In this document: in pieces, positions 1 through 9,173 of the stretch
How positions within the stretch are numbered: the stretch's first letter is position 1
Layout: every line of letters begins with the position of its first letter
IMG/VR virus record: IMGVR_UViG_2541047117_000001
Location: 1-24,840 of that record
Direction: 5' to 3' (one strand)
DNA: 24,840 bases
Origin: a virus
Taxonomy: Duplodnaviria; Heunggongvirae; Uroviricota; Caudoviricetes
Translations under genes and position numbers: made by a program
Notes under the pieces: generated by a model
Told to the model about the DNA's origin: nothing
Seen by the model: the letters and a program-made list of their open reading frames with translations, nothing else
Databases searched by the model: none

Positions 1-2
1 AT

Positions 3-1667
3 ACTACTACAGTAGAAACATATGAACGTCAGATGTACAATAAAGCATGGCAAAACTGGAAGAAGACAGTTACACCGCACGGTTGGGGATTTTGGAGAAC
101 TAACGGTGGTCAAGACTTATTAGTTCACGATAAGCGTGCAATGGTTGGATTTCCTGCAAGCGGTGAAAATAAATTACATCTCAACTATGGTAAAGACTTT
201 ACAAATGGTGTAGAAGTTCAAGGTAGACTGACAAATAACGGTTCAGTAGTGCTGAGTCAGGTTGACTTAAAAAATATTATGAACTATCAAAGTAAAGTTC
301 TTGATTCTAATGTTAACTGGGACACTCTTTTAGAGACAGGATTTTACATTGTGAATCAAGGTGGGAAAGGTTTAAATTCACCTACTGGTAATTATGATTA
401 TGGTGTATTAGAAGTTATAGATACTGGCGGTTTAGGTTACTTACAAAGATACACTTCCCATATGGGAACTATGATTACAGTTAGAGGGAAAAGAAAAGAT
501 GATGCAAAATGGAGTAGTTGGAGTAGTCTTACAACTTCTGACAGTTTTGACGCAGATATGAAAAGAAAAGTTTCTACAACTGGTGACACGATGACTGGAC
601 AACTTACAGTTAATATGTCAGGAGATAAAGCAACACCTATTGTGGCACAAAACAGTGCAGGTAAAATGCGTATTTTGCCATATGCAGGAGATGACAACTA
701 CATCCAAAGTGGTACAACTGCTGATGAAGCGAAAAACCTTCGTATTACTGGTTACAATGGAAAACAAATGCAAAAAGTTACTATTAATGCTGTAAACACA
801 GTCGTAGAAGGAAATCTTGTTGCAGGTAAAGATGTTAACGTTAGTGGTGCAGGTACAGCATCTAATATCTTCTTCCAAGACCACACACATATCTTTAGTC
901 GTGCTGACAGAACAGGATTCCATGATACAAAGAATAAAGTCACTTCTTTAGTAATTGACAATGGAAACAAAGCGGTTCAAGTTGAAAGCGGTTACAATTT
1001 GAATGTTGTAAACGGTGGTAATTTATCAGTAGGGAACTTTACTTTACGTGGGCAAGATTTAGTCGTTCATGGTAAACGTGCTTTAGTAGGAACGCCTAAT
1101 GACAAAATTCATCTAAACTACGCAAAAGATATGCCAAATGGTGTTACTTCTAATGGAAACTTCACAGTAATGGATGGTCGTATGTATGTTGAACAAAATG
1201 GAAAACAAGCAGTTGTTGGTTGTGGTGCAAGTGATGCGTACCTACATAACTCTAAATCAGGTAAATATCTACAATTAAAGGATGATGGAACATTCAGTTA
1301 TGATGCTAAAAAAGTTGCTCTCGCAGATGAGGGAAGTCACATCAAATGGAGTACATTCACTAACCTCCAAAATGGATTTAAACCACTTCCTGAAGGACAT
1401 GCTCTATTTTATGGAATTGACCAATTTGGATTCAAGCATATCAGAGGATTAGTTACAGGCGGAAGTACAAATGCAGGTGTAGCTATTGGTAAATTACCAG
1501 ACTTTATGAAGCCTACCTATTGGACTGCTATTACTGCAACATATGATACAAATGGTTCAGCAAACTATGTTCCATGTGCAGTTCATGTAAGTTGGGGTGG
1601 AGATTTAATTTGCCAAAACTCAAGAGGTGCTTCTAGTTTCATCATCATCAATGGTTACTATAAGTAA
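3..1667 (+). CDS. Tail fibre / receptor-binding protein, 5'-truncated by the window edge
   Basis: The frame is open from base 3 (TTTVETYERQMYNKAW...), so the track start at 33 is not the true start. It has a pyocin-knob-like segment (NWDTLLETGFYIV...SPTGNYDYGVLEV...YLQRY...WSSW), a duplicated DLxVHxKRAxVG...HLNYxKDxxNGV motif and a C-terminal head domain (WSTFTNLQNGF...GFKHIRGLVTGG...IGKLP...KP). XkdW/XkdX-like genes follow. Confidence 0.85.
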   Translation, partial: TTTVETYERQMYNKAWQNWKKTVTPHGWGFWRTNGGQDLLVHDKRAMVGFPASGENKLHLNYGKDFTNGVEVQGRLTNNGSVVLSQVDLKNIMNYQSKVLDSNVNWDTLLETGFYIVNQGGKGLNSPTGNYDYGVLEVIDTGGLGYLQRYTSHMGTMITVRGKRKDDAKWSSWSSLTTSDSFDADMKRKVSTTGDTMTGQLTVNMSGDKATPIVAQNSAGKMRILPYAGDDNYIQSGTTADEAKNLRITGYNGKQMQKVTINAVNTVVEGNLVAGKDVNVSGAGTASNIFFQDHTHIFSRADRTGFHDTKNKVTSLVIDNGNKAVQVESGYNLNVVNGGNLSVGNFTLRGQDLVVHGKRALVGTPNDKIHLNYAKDMPNGVTSNGNFTVMDGRMYVEQNGKQAVVGCGASDAYLHNSKSGKYLQLKDDGTFSYDAKKVALADEGSHIKWSTFTNLQNGFKPLPEGHALFYGIDQFGFKHIRGLVTGGSTNAGVAIGKLPDFMKPTYWTAITATYDTNGSANYVPCAVHVSWGGDLICQNSRGASSFIIINGYYK

Positions 1668-1682
1668 AGAAAGGGGAATGAG

Positions 1683-2228
1683 ATGAATATTTTTTACATG
1701 TTTAATGAAAAGTTTGAATACGTGCAACCTGTTCATGATTTTGAACTTCCTATAGAAGTAGACGAAGAAACAGGGGATAGCTACTTGGTTATCCCCTCAA
1801 ATTGCACAGATGTTCAGCCACCTGTAACAGTTTATGGGGTGGCTATATTTAATCCAAAAACAAAAACATGGTCTGATACCATGACAGAAGAGGAATGGAT
1901 TAAGCAAGAACAAGAAAATCATGAACCGACAACAGCAGAAGCTCTAGGTCAGCAAGCTTCCGATTTAGAGATTCAATTGATGGAGTATAGCGAGGTAAAT
2001 GAACAATTAGGTCAACAAGTCTCAGATTTAGAAATTGAGCTTATGGAACAGAGTGGTAAGCACGAAGATTTAGGTCAATCAATGACTGATTTAGAAATTA
2101 GTTTAACAGAGGAAAATGAAAGTATTAAAGCGGAAAGAGATGAACTAGGTCAGCAGTTGTCAGATTTAGAGATTCGCTTCATGGAATTAGAAGAAAAAAT
2201 GGAAGAGTTAATAGGAGGTAAAGAATAA
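1683..2228 (+). CDS. Tail-fibre-associated protein/chaperone (XkdW/YomQ-like) with four LGQQxSDLEI coiled-coil repeats
   Basis: RBS AAAGGGG. N-terminal 'NCTDVQPP...AIFNPKTKTWS' tail-fibre-assembly-like segment. Sits between the fibre gene and the XkdX-like gene. Confidence 0.65.
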   Translation: MNIFYMFNEKFEYVQPVHDFELPIEVDEETGDSYLVIPSNCTDVQPPVTVYGVAIFNPKTKTWSDTMTEEEWIKQEQENHEPTTAEALGQQASDLEIQLMEYSEVNEQLGQQVSDLEIELMEQSGKHEDLGQSMTDLEISLTEENESIKAERDELGQQLSDLEIRFMELEEKMEELIGGKE

Positions 2229-3145
2229 TGGCTAAACCAAGATTCTTAATGAAAAATGATGAAATTAATACTGCAAATGAAGAGGTTCTTACTGATGAAA
2301 CAGTAACTCCAATGGAAGATGTGAAAGAAGAGACTGCAAACGAGATTGAGGTTGGCAACGAGGGTATGGTTGATAATGACGTAACTGTAACCGAACCGAC
2401 AATCAAAGTAGAGCAAGAGCTTGTAGATGAAGTTGGTGCGGTAGGTAAAATCGAAGATGAAACACCAGTACTAAAAGAGGGTGTTGAAGAGGAAGTCAAA
2501 GACGAAAGTGAAACAGTTGGAGAATTAGAAGATACAAAAGTAGAAGATGATAAAGCAATCGTAACTGATGTTAAAGATGGTCTTGTAGATAAGCCAACGG
2601 TAAATGAAGTGCCAAAAGAGGTTTCTCCAAATGAAGGAAACGTAATTGAAGAAGTTGTTAATGAAGAAGCAACAGATGAAATTAAAGAAGAGAAGCCTAA
2701 AGAAGAAGTAGCTGAGGTTAAAGAACAAGAAGATGAAAAAGATGGCAAGGCTACTATTGATGAAGTTAAAATTATTGATGATGCTGAGAAAGAAAAAATC
2801 GTTGATGAAGTAACTGATAAAGTAATCGAAGGCATGAAAGATAAGGACAAAGAAGGCATTAAAGATGAAATCAAAGATGCTGTAAAAGAGATTGTTGATG
2901 AGATTATCAAAGAAAAACAAGATAAAACAAAAGACGAAATCAAAGATGAAGCTAAAGAAGTAATCGAGGAAGTCGTAGAAGAGAAGCCTAAAAAGGTAGA
3001 ACCAAATCCGACTAGTAAGGATTATCCTAGATGGAAAGATAAGTTTCTTCGCAACTGGGCTACAGTTATACAGTTAAGAAAAGTGTGTAATCTGAAAAAA
3101 ATTACTGCACCCGAATTTGAGTATTTAACTGACGAAAAATACTAA
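2228..3145 (+). CDS. XkdX-family protein with a ~260-aa acidic low-complexity N-terminal extension
   Basis: RBS GGAGG, overlapping the upstream stop. The last ~45 aa (WATVIQLRKVCNLKKITAPEFEYLTDEKY) fit the XkdX pattern W-T..QL...V....IT..E....T...Y. The rest is E/D/K/V-rich. Confidence 0.7.
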   Translation: MAKPRFLMKNDEINTANEEVLTDETVTPMEDVKEETANEIEVGNEGMVDNDVTVTEPTIKVEQELVDEVGAVGKIEDETPVLKEGVEEEVKDESETVGELEDTKVEDDKAIVTDVKDGLVDKPTVNEVPKEVSPNEGNVIEEVVNEEATDEIKEEKPKEEVAEVKEQEDEKDGKATIDEVKIIDDAEKEKIVDEVTDKVIEGMKDKDKEGIKDEIKDAVKEIVDEIIKEKQDKTKDEIKDEAKEVIEEVVEEKPKKVEPNPTSKDYPRWKDKFLRNWATVIQLRKVCNLKKITAPEFEYLTDEKY

Positions 3146-3162
3146 GGGCTATATTTAATATC

Positions 3163-3192
3163 TTGCATAAAATCAGTATTTTATGTTATAAT
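3163..3192 (+). promoter_or_regulatory. SigA-type promoter P1 (TTGCAT-18-TGtTATAAT) with an internal palindrome CATAAAAT-CAGT-ATTTTATG
   Basis: -35 at 3163-3168, extended -10 at 3184-3192, palindrome at 3166-3185. Confidence 0.55.
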
Positions 3193-3209
3193 GATGAGTT
3201 AAGACTAGT

Positions 3210-3238
3210 TTGACAATTGTCAGATTTCATGGTATGAT
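3210..3238 (+). promoter_or_regulatory. SigA-type promoter P2 (TTGACA-17-TGgTATGAT); palindrome TGACAATTGTCA over the -35
   Basis: Consensus -35 at 3210-3215, extended -10 at 3230-3238. Confidence 0.7.
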
Positions 3239-3260
3239 ACAAGTGTAATAAATAATGAAT
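3238..3260 (+). repeat. 23-bp dispersed motif copy 1 (TACAAGTGTAATAAATAATGAAT)
   Basis: 22/23 identical to the copy at 19708-19730 (- strand). Confidence 0.8.
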
Positions 3261-3302
3261 CCGAACAAGGCAGGTGCATAAGCATCTGTCTATTTTGGGT
3301 TT
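3258..3302 (+). terminator. Leader hairpin / intrinsic terminator upstream of the tail spike gene
   Basis: AGGCAGGTGC-ATAA-GCATCTGTCT (3268-3291) followed by ATTTT. The stem can extend via AATCCGAA/TTTGGGTT. Confidence 0.6.
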
Positions 3303-3335
3303 TCTCAGAATACGAAAGGGGAAGTAAGCGATACG

Positions 3336-6300
3336 ATGTTTATCAATATAGATAGAACTAAAAGACCACAGAAACCAATTCTGCATTTGGCGAAGCCTAA
3401 TATGCGAGTGGTATCTCGATTATCGGAAGCGTCCGATATCTCATTGGATACGAAGCTTGGTGATTTAAACGAGCTTACGTTCACTATCCCTTATAAAGTT
3501 GATTTTAATCACCAGTTAATCGACAATCCAAACACATCTTTAATGAGAGAGCGTTTCTTAACAAAGGTTAAAGTTGGCGCACATAAAGAATGGTTCATGA
3601 TTAAAGCCATCACTGATGATGGTAGTGATATCGACAAAATGACAGTTAGTGCAATTTCTCTCGGATACGAACTAGCAGGTAAAATTATTCGTGAATACAA
3701 CGTGGAGTCATATAGTCCTCGACAAGTATTTGCTGATGTTTTATCAGGAACTGGTTGGTATATCAGTGAAATGTCTGCTGAACTAGAGAATCTATACAGA
3801 GCGTATGATTTCTCTTCAACTACAGCTTTAGATGCAGTGATTCAAATCGCTCAAACATTAAATGCTGTACTTGTTTGGGATACAGAAAATAGAGAGATTA
3901 AATTATATAAAGCCGAAGAAATCGGTAAAAACCGTGGATTCACAATTAACTACGGTAAGTATCTAAATACCATTAGCCGTGAAAGAACAACGGATGAAAT
4001 GGTTACAAGATTAAAAGTGTATGGTAGTGATGGATTACCAATCAACTCAGTAAACCCTACTGGTGTCGGATATCTAGAAGATTTTAGTTTCTTCATGTAT
4101 CCATTTGAACGTGATGCTAAGAAAAAAGTAATTAGCAGTAGTCATTATATGAGTGATGAACTATGTCACGCTATTTTAGATTTAAATGAAAAAATTGAGA
4201 AAAACAAAGTTGAAGTTAAAAGATTAATCGACCAAAGAAGTAGTGAAGCAACATTAGTTGCCGAACAAGAAACCGAAGTAATGCTTATGGAAGGTCAATT
4301 AAATATTACTCAAGACAAGCTAGATATGGCAAAAGCTTCTGAGAACAAGAAATTGATTGAAGAGCTAACGGCTGAGAAGAAGATTAAAGCAAGTTCTTTA
4401 AGAACACAGCAAATCATCTTGAGAAGCTATCAACAAAGATTAAATCAAGCAGATGATGCTTTATACGAAATGAGAGATTCATTATCTCTTGAGTCGAATT
4501 TCACACCTTACCTTATCGAAGAGAGAAATCTATATATCATCGAGAAGGAATGGAGCGAAGAGAGAATCACTGACCCCGAAGAACTGTATCAAGCAGGTAA
4601 AGAAGCATTTAAATCTCTTCGTGAACCAACAATGGTAATTAATATCGACATTGTAAATTTACTAGAGATTGTAGATGAGCAACATAATTGGGATAAAATC
4701 CGTTTAGGAGACAAGGTGCGTATTTCATATCCTCAGATGGGTATCAATTCGTTGGCAACAATTATTGGTGTTAACTATAATTTTGAAAGCGCATCCATTT
4801 CGCTAACGATTGCGAACGTTATGAACATCGAGACAGATGAAGATAAGCTAATCAAATTGCTGTATCAATCTTCTCATGCATCTGCAACTGTTGAGAACAA
4901 TAAGTCTAAATGGAATCAAGTTAAAGACGTTTCAAAGGATGTTCAATCACTATTATCTAGTGAGTGGGATGCAACGAAGCAACAAATCAATGCAGGTGTA
5001 AATAACTCTGTAACTATTGGTGGTCGAGGCATCATTATCCGAAACCCTGATTATCCGAATGATGTATTAGTAGCTCAATCAGGTGTACTAGCTTTAAGTC
5101 GTGATAATGGTGAGACTTGGAAAACAGCAATCAAACCTACGGGTATTGTCGCTGAGAGAATTATTGGTCAAATCATCGCAGGTGAAAACTTGGATATGGT
5201 CAATGAAGCAGGAACGTTTAAGTTTGATAAGAACGGTGTAGAAATTGATGCAAAAGCATTCAAGGTTCGTACTGGCGATAAAACTGTTAACCTCGTTGAA
5301 AAGTGGACAAGTGCCAACAACTTCTTTGAAGAGTTCACTAATGATGGCGTGCTATCTACATATGAGAAGAGTAGAACAAAAGAAGAATGGGATAAAATAG
5401 ATGAAAATTACAAAAACTTAAATGCTCAAGCAGTTAAAATGTGGGTTGAAGCATCTAAACGACCAGTGGAATTGAAACTCCTAGAGCAGAAATACACTGA
5501 GCTAAACCGCTATTTATTCGTTGAGAAGCAAGGAGCTAAACCATTATTAGATGCTAGCAATATGAACGAATTTACTAATATTGTTAGAAAAACATTTAAT
5601 GAGAAGTTTAGAGGCTACTATAACGCAGAAGAACAACTTCGAAACAAACTATTAGATAAGCTTCAAGAGAATATCACAGAGGTATCATTTGAAGTTGGAG
5701 ATGACAAGATTGTTGCCAAGGTTACAAATAGTAAAGCGTTTAAAGATATGGTTGAACATGCTGACAGCTTAGCTAAGCAATTAAGAGAAGCACAGCAAAA
5801 AATCACTGACGATGCAATTGTAAGTACTGTTACAAAATCTACTCAATTCAAGAATAAAGCTGATGCAAAAGATGTTTATAGCAAAGATGATGTGCATTTC
5901 TTATCATCAAATAACATGTTGCATGATACTGAATTTGATAATGGATTAGGCAAATGGATAGTTACTAAGGATGCAAATAAAAGTGTTGATGTAGACCGAA
6001 ATGTTAAATTTGAAGGTTCAAATTCAATTAAAATCTCTGCTAAAAACCAAACAACCAATTCATTTACGACTGCTAATTCTGAGTGGATTGATTGTAAGGT
6101 AGGTCAACTATATACTGCAAGTGTCTATCAGTATGTAGAGAAATATGACCTTGATGCAGGTGGGAAAATTGCTATTCAATACTACGCAGGTGATACTTAT
6201 CTATCTGAGACACAACAAGATTATCAAACTATTGATAATAAGCAGTGGAAACGAATTTCTGTTACAGGAAACGTCCCTGCAAAGGCTACTAAATTAAGAG

Positions 6301-8855
6301 TTACGTTGAATGTGAGAAAGAACGGTACGATGTGGTTCGCACGCCCAATGTTACAGCTTGGTAGAATCATTACTTCTTGGACACCTCATGTCGATGAGTT
6401 AGCGACGGAATTAAACTCTATGATTGAACAAGTTGCAGGGAAAATTAGTTTAGTAGTTACTGAGACGAATCAGATTAATGGTGAAGCAATCACCTCACAA
6501 ATCATCCAAACTGCAAGAGCGATTGAGATGCTGTCTGAGAAGATTAACCTCAAAGGTAAAGTAACATTTGAATCATTTGACAGCAACCTTAAAAAGACAT
6601 TCAATGCCGATGGTACTTTCAATCTAACACGAGCAACTGGTCAATTGGATGAGCAGTTCATTAAGAATGCAGAAAGATGGAATAAAGCTTCGGGTGATGC
6701 CACGAAAGCAACTGACAAGCTGATGGAAATGGTTCGCGATGACAAGTTAACAGCTACAGAGAAACAAACTATCAAGAGAGAGTTAGAAGTTCTCCAAGCT
6801 GAAAGAGTAAATATCGTAGCGAATGCAGATTACTACAAAATCACAACAGAGAAGACTAGATATGAGGAAGCTTTAACTGCTTTAGCGAATTATTTAGCTC
6901 CAATCTTAAAGGATATGGCTAATACATCTGATATCGTAGGAGACGCTTTACGTGGTCAGTTCAAGACTGTTTACGATAAGAAAGCTTATCTGCAAAAGAC
7001 TATTAGTAATAAAGCTAAGGAGTTAGCTGATAACGCACAGGGCAAAGCTAATGAAGCTCAAAGCAAGGCAAGTAATGCTTTGAATGAATTAAGTGAAATG
7101 GCTGATGACAACGTAATTACACCTTATGAGAAGCTAGGCATAAGGAAAGAATTACAGGATATTTCTGCTGAGAAACCGACCTTAGAAGCTCAGGCAAATC
7201 AGTATGGTATTGGCGCTGAAAAAACAGCTTTCGTAAGCGCTTACAGCACATTAGACGCTTACTTAAAACCAATCCTTTTCCCTGTAGTACCTGCATCGGT
7301 TGTCAATGGTGGGGAATTTAGAAATAAATTCAGTAATTACTATGACAGCAAAATCAAGCTTATGAGAGCGATTGCAGATAAGACGAAAGGTCTTGCTGAG
7401 GATGCAAAGAACTCTGCTAAAGATGCTAGGCAAGTGGCTGATGACGCTAAGAATGACATGAAAAACTTCCAGTTAGACTATGCGAAAGACCGAAAGCAAT
7501 GGGATGCAGGATATGAGAGAGTTGACCAATGGACAGCAGATGGAACAGTAGAAATTGACGGCGGAAAGCTTAAAGGAAATTCCGTTATTGCTAATAAAAT
7601 GGCAATTGGAAACTGGGACAATCTGTTTACAAACGGAACACTAGAGTTTGGTAATCAGAACTTTGTCGGTAGTACCTTTGAAATTGTCAATGACCCTGCT
7701 AATGCCCATCAAGGTAATCACTACCTAAGAATTAAATGGAATGGACAATTTAATGATATTTACGATAGCACACCTTTAAAAGTTATTGAAGGTGAACAAT
7801 ATTTCTTAGAAGGACAAGCTAGATTACTAAGTGGTTCTGATTCAACAAGAACATTCATTGTTCAAGTGCTAGATAAGCTAGGTAAAGTCATTACTCACTA
7901 TATTGGTTCTGAGACTTTGAATACATTGTGGAAAGAAGTTTCATATAAAATGACTGTTCCTAAGGGTGGAGTAGCAATTCGCATCGGAATTTCTGTTGGT
8001 GGAGAAAAGAACGGAAACAACTATACTATGTTTGATTCTCTATTCTGCAAAAGAATGTCAGAAGGGAAACTAATAGTAGATGGCTCTATTTTAGCTAAAC
8101 ACATCAAAACTAATGAATTAGAAGTGGGAGATAATGTAAGAGTTGCTGATGGTTCTATTTCTGCACGCCACATTAAAACTGATGAATTAGAGGTTGGTAA
8201 AAACATTAAAATGGGAGCAAATGCTATTATCTCATGGGACAAGGTATCTAATAAACCAACAGCCGAAAAACTAGGAGCATTACCTGCTAATTCTCCTAAG
8301 CTAACAAAGATTGATAATAGTGGTGTCTATACTGGAACTGTTCAAGCCAATCAGATAACAGGTAATGAGATTGTCGGTAAAACAATTAAAACGAGTAATA
8401 CAAATGAATATTTACACATGGAAAACCAAGTTGTTCGTTTTGTAAATCAAGGTTCTGCCAAAATTGTGATGGGATTTGAAGATGAAAAGAAAAGTAAAAC
8501 ACGTAACCCATATATCATCCTTGGTGAAGGTGATGGGACTGGTAGAAACATTGGTAGTATCTACAAAGATGGAAATGGCGCTTATTATCGCTATGTAGAT
8601 TACAATGGCGCTGAAAGTAACATTCGTTTAACGAACGCAGGTAACATTGGTATCACAGCTCAAGATGGGATTTGGTTTACTGCTAACAGAGTCAACTTCA
8701 CATCACCAGTTGCAACGTCGGGTATATTATTCAACTCGTTCGGAAAGACTCCTTTGTCTCAACAAGGGGTTCTATGGATGGGGAATGGTTATAGAGGATT
8801 TGGAGCTTACTACCACGATGGAAATGCTTGGAACTTTATAAGTAGCTCACAATGA
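3336..8855 (+). CDS. Tail spike / baseplate hub (Tal-like, prophage-tail endopeptidase-type N-terminus) minor structural protein
   Basis: N-terminal 'LHLAKPN...ELTFTIPY', 'MVTRLKVYGSDGLPINSVNPTGVGYLEDFSFFMYPF' is typical of large Bacillus phage Tal proteins. It has coiled-coil segments, two carbohydrate-binding jelly-roll-like domains (~aa 860-1020 and ~1430-1575) and beta-helix-like C-terminal repeats. RBS AAAGGGG. Confidence 0.85.
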   Translation: MFINIDRTKRPQKPILHLAKPNMRVVSRLSEASDISLDTKLGDLNELTFTIPYKVDFNHQLIDNPNTSLMRERFLTKVKVGAHKEWFMIKAITDDGSDIDKMTVSAISLGYELAGKIIREYNVESYSPRQVFADVLSGTGWYISEMSAELENLYRAYDFSSTTALDAVIQIAQTLNAVLVWDTENREIKLYKAEEIGKNRGFTINYGKYLNTISRERTTDEMVTRLKVYGSDGLPINSVNPTGVGYLEDFSFFMYPFERDAKKKVISSSHYMSDELCHAILDLNEKIEKNKVEVKRLIDQRSSEATLVAEQETEVMLMEGQLNITQDKLDMAKASENKKLIEELTAEKKIKASSLRTQQIILRSYQQRLNQADDALYEMRDSLSLESNFTPYLIEERNLYIIEKEWSEERITDPEELYQAGKEAFKSLREPTMVINIDIVNLLEIVDEQHNWDKIRLGDKVRISYPQMGINSLATIIGVNYNFESASISLTIANVMNIETDEDKLIKLLYQSSHASATVENNKSKWNQVKDVSKDVQSLLSSEWDATKQQINAGVNNSVTIGGRGIIIRNPDYPNDVLVAQSGVLALSRDNGETWKTAIKPTGIVAERIIGQIIAGENLDMVNEAGTFKFDKNGVEIDAKAFKVRTGDKTVNLVEKWTSANNFFEEFTNDGVLSTYEKSRTKEEWDKIDENYKNLNAQAVKMWVEASKRPVELKLLEQKYTELNRYLFVEKQGAKPLLDASNMNEFTNIVRKTFNEKFRGYYNAEEQLRNKLLDKLQENITEVSFEVGDDKIVAKVTNSKAFKDMVEHADSLAKQLREAQQKITDDAIVSTVTKSTQFKNKADAKDVYSKDDVHFLSSNNMLHDTEFDNGLGKWIVTKDANKSVDVDRNVKFEGSNSIKISAKNQTTNSFTTANSEWIDCKVGQLYTASVYQYVEKYDLDAGGKIAIQYYAGDTYLSETQQDYQTIDNKQWKRISVTGNVPAKATKLRVTLNVRKNGTMWFARPMLQLGRIITSWTPHVDELATELNSMIEQVAGKISLVVTETNQINGEAITSQIIQTARAIEMLSEKINLKGKVTFESFDSNLKKTFNADGTFNLTRATGQLDEQFIKNAERWNKASGDATKATDKLMEMVRDDKLTATEKQTIKRELEVLQAERVNIVANADYYKITTEKTRYEEALTALANYLAPILKDMANTSDIVGDALRGQFKTVYDKKAYLQKTISNKAKELADNAQGKANEAQSKASNALNELSEMADDNVITPYEKLGIRKELQDISAEKPTLEAQANQYGIGAEKTAFVSAYSTLDAYLKPILFPVVPASVVNGGEFRNKFSNYYDSKIKLMRAIADKTKGLAEDAKNSAKDARQVADDAKNDMKNFQLDYAKDRKQWDAGYERVDQWTADGTVEIDGGKLKGNSVIANKMAIGNWDNLFTNGTLEFGNQNFVGSTFEIVNDPANAHQGNHYLRIKWNGQFNDIYDSTPLKVIEGEQYFLEGQARLLSGSDSTRTFIVQVLDKLGKVITHYIGSETLNTLWKEVSYKMTVPKGGVAIRIGISVGGEKNGNNYTMFDSLFCKRMSEGKLIVDGSILAKHIKTNELEVGDNVRVADGSISARHIKTDELEVGKNIKMGANAIISWDKVSNKPTAEKLGALPANSPKLTKIDNSGVYTGTVQANQITGNEIVGKTIKTSNTNEYLHMENQVVRFVNQGSAKIVMGFEDEKKSKTRNPYIILGEGDGTGRNIGSIYKDGNGAYYRYVDYNGAESNIRLTNAGNIGITAQDGIWFTANRVNFTSPVATSGILFNSFGKTPLSQQGVLWMGNGYRGFGAYYHDGNAWNFISSSQ

Positions 8856-8872
8856 TGAAAGGGGAAAATGAA

Positions 8873-9136
8873 ATGAGTCAATTTTTAGGTGTTTTAGGAA
8901 CAGTTGGTGAAGATGGGATAATTAAAATCCCATTGGATATGTTGCAAACAGCAGGTATTAAGCCTAATTCAAAGGTAGAACTATTCTCTGATACTTCTAA
9001 TCTTTTTATTAGGACTGCTGAGAAATTCTGTGATATTTGTGGTGGTAATACGAACACCGCAACTATCGGCAATCAGGAAATCTGTAAGCCGTGTCTTGAT
9101 AGAATAACACAGGCTTCAATAGGAAAAACGTTTTAA
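8873..9136 (+). CDS. AbrB/SpoVT-like DNA-binding protein with a C-terminal zinc ribbon
   Basis: GxVGEDGxIxIPxxM...GI.P...VE is a swapped-hairpin pattern, followed by CDIC...CKPC. Start moved to ATG 8873 because RBS AAAGGGG lies at 8858-8864. Confidence 0.75.
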   Translation: MSQFLGVLGTVGEDGIIKIPLDMLQTAGIKPNSKVELFSDTSNLFIRTAEKFCDICGGNTNTATIGNQEICKPCLDRITQASIGKTF

Positions 9137-9173
9137 AGATGAAAAATAACAACATGTGAAAGGAGGTGGAATC

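Noticed and set aside
2179-2943. 254-aa Ser-rich - strand ORF and 131-aa Phe-rich ORF (2525-2920)
   Set aside because: Antisense shadows of the GAA/GAT-rich acidic gene; no RBS and the composition mirrors the sense codons.
3238-3260. 23-bp motif as a SigH promoter (ends in GAAT)
   Set aside because: None of the copies has an AGGA-type -35 at the proper spacing.
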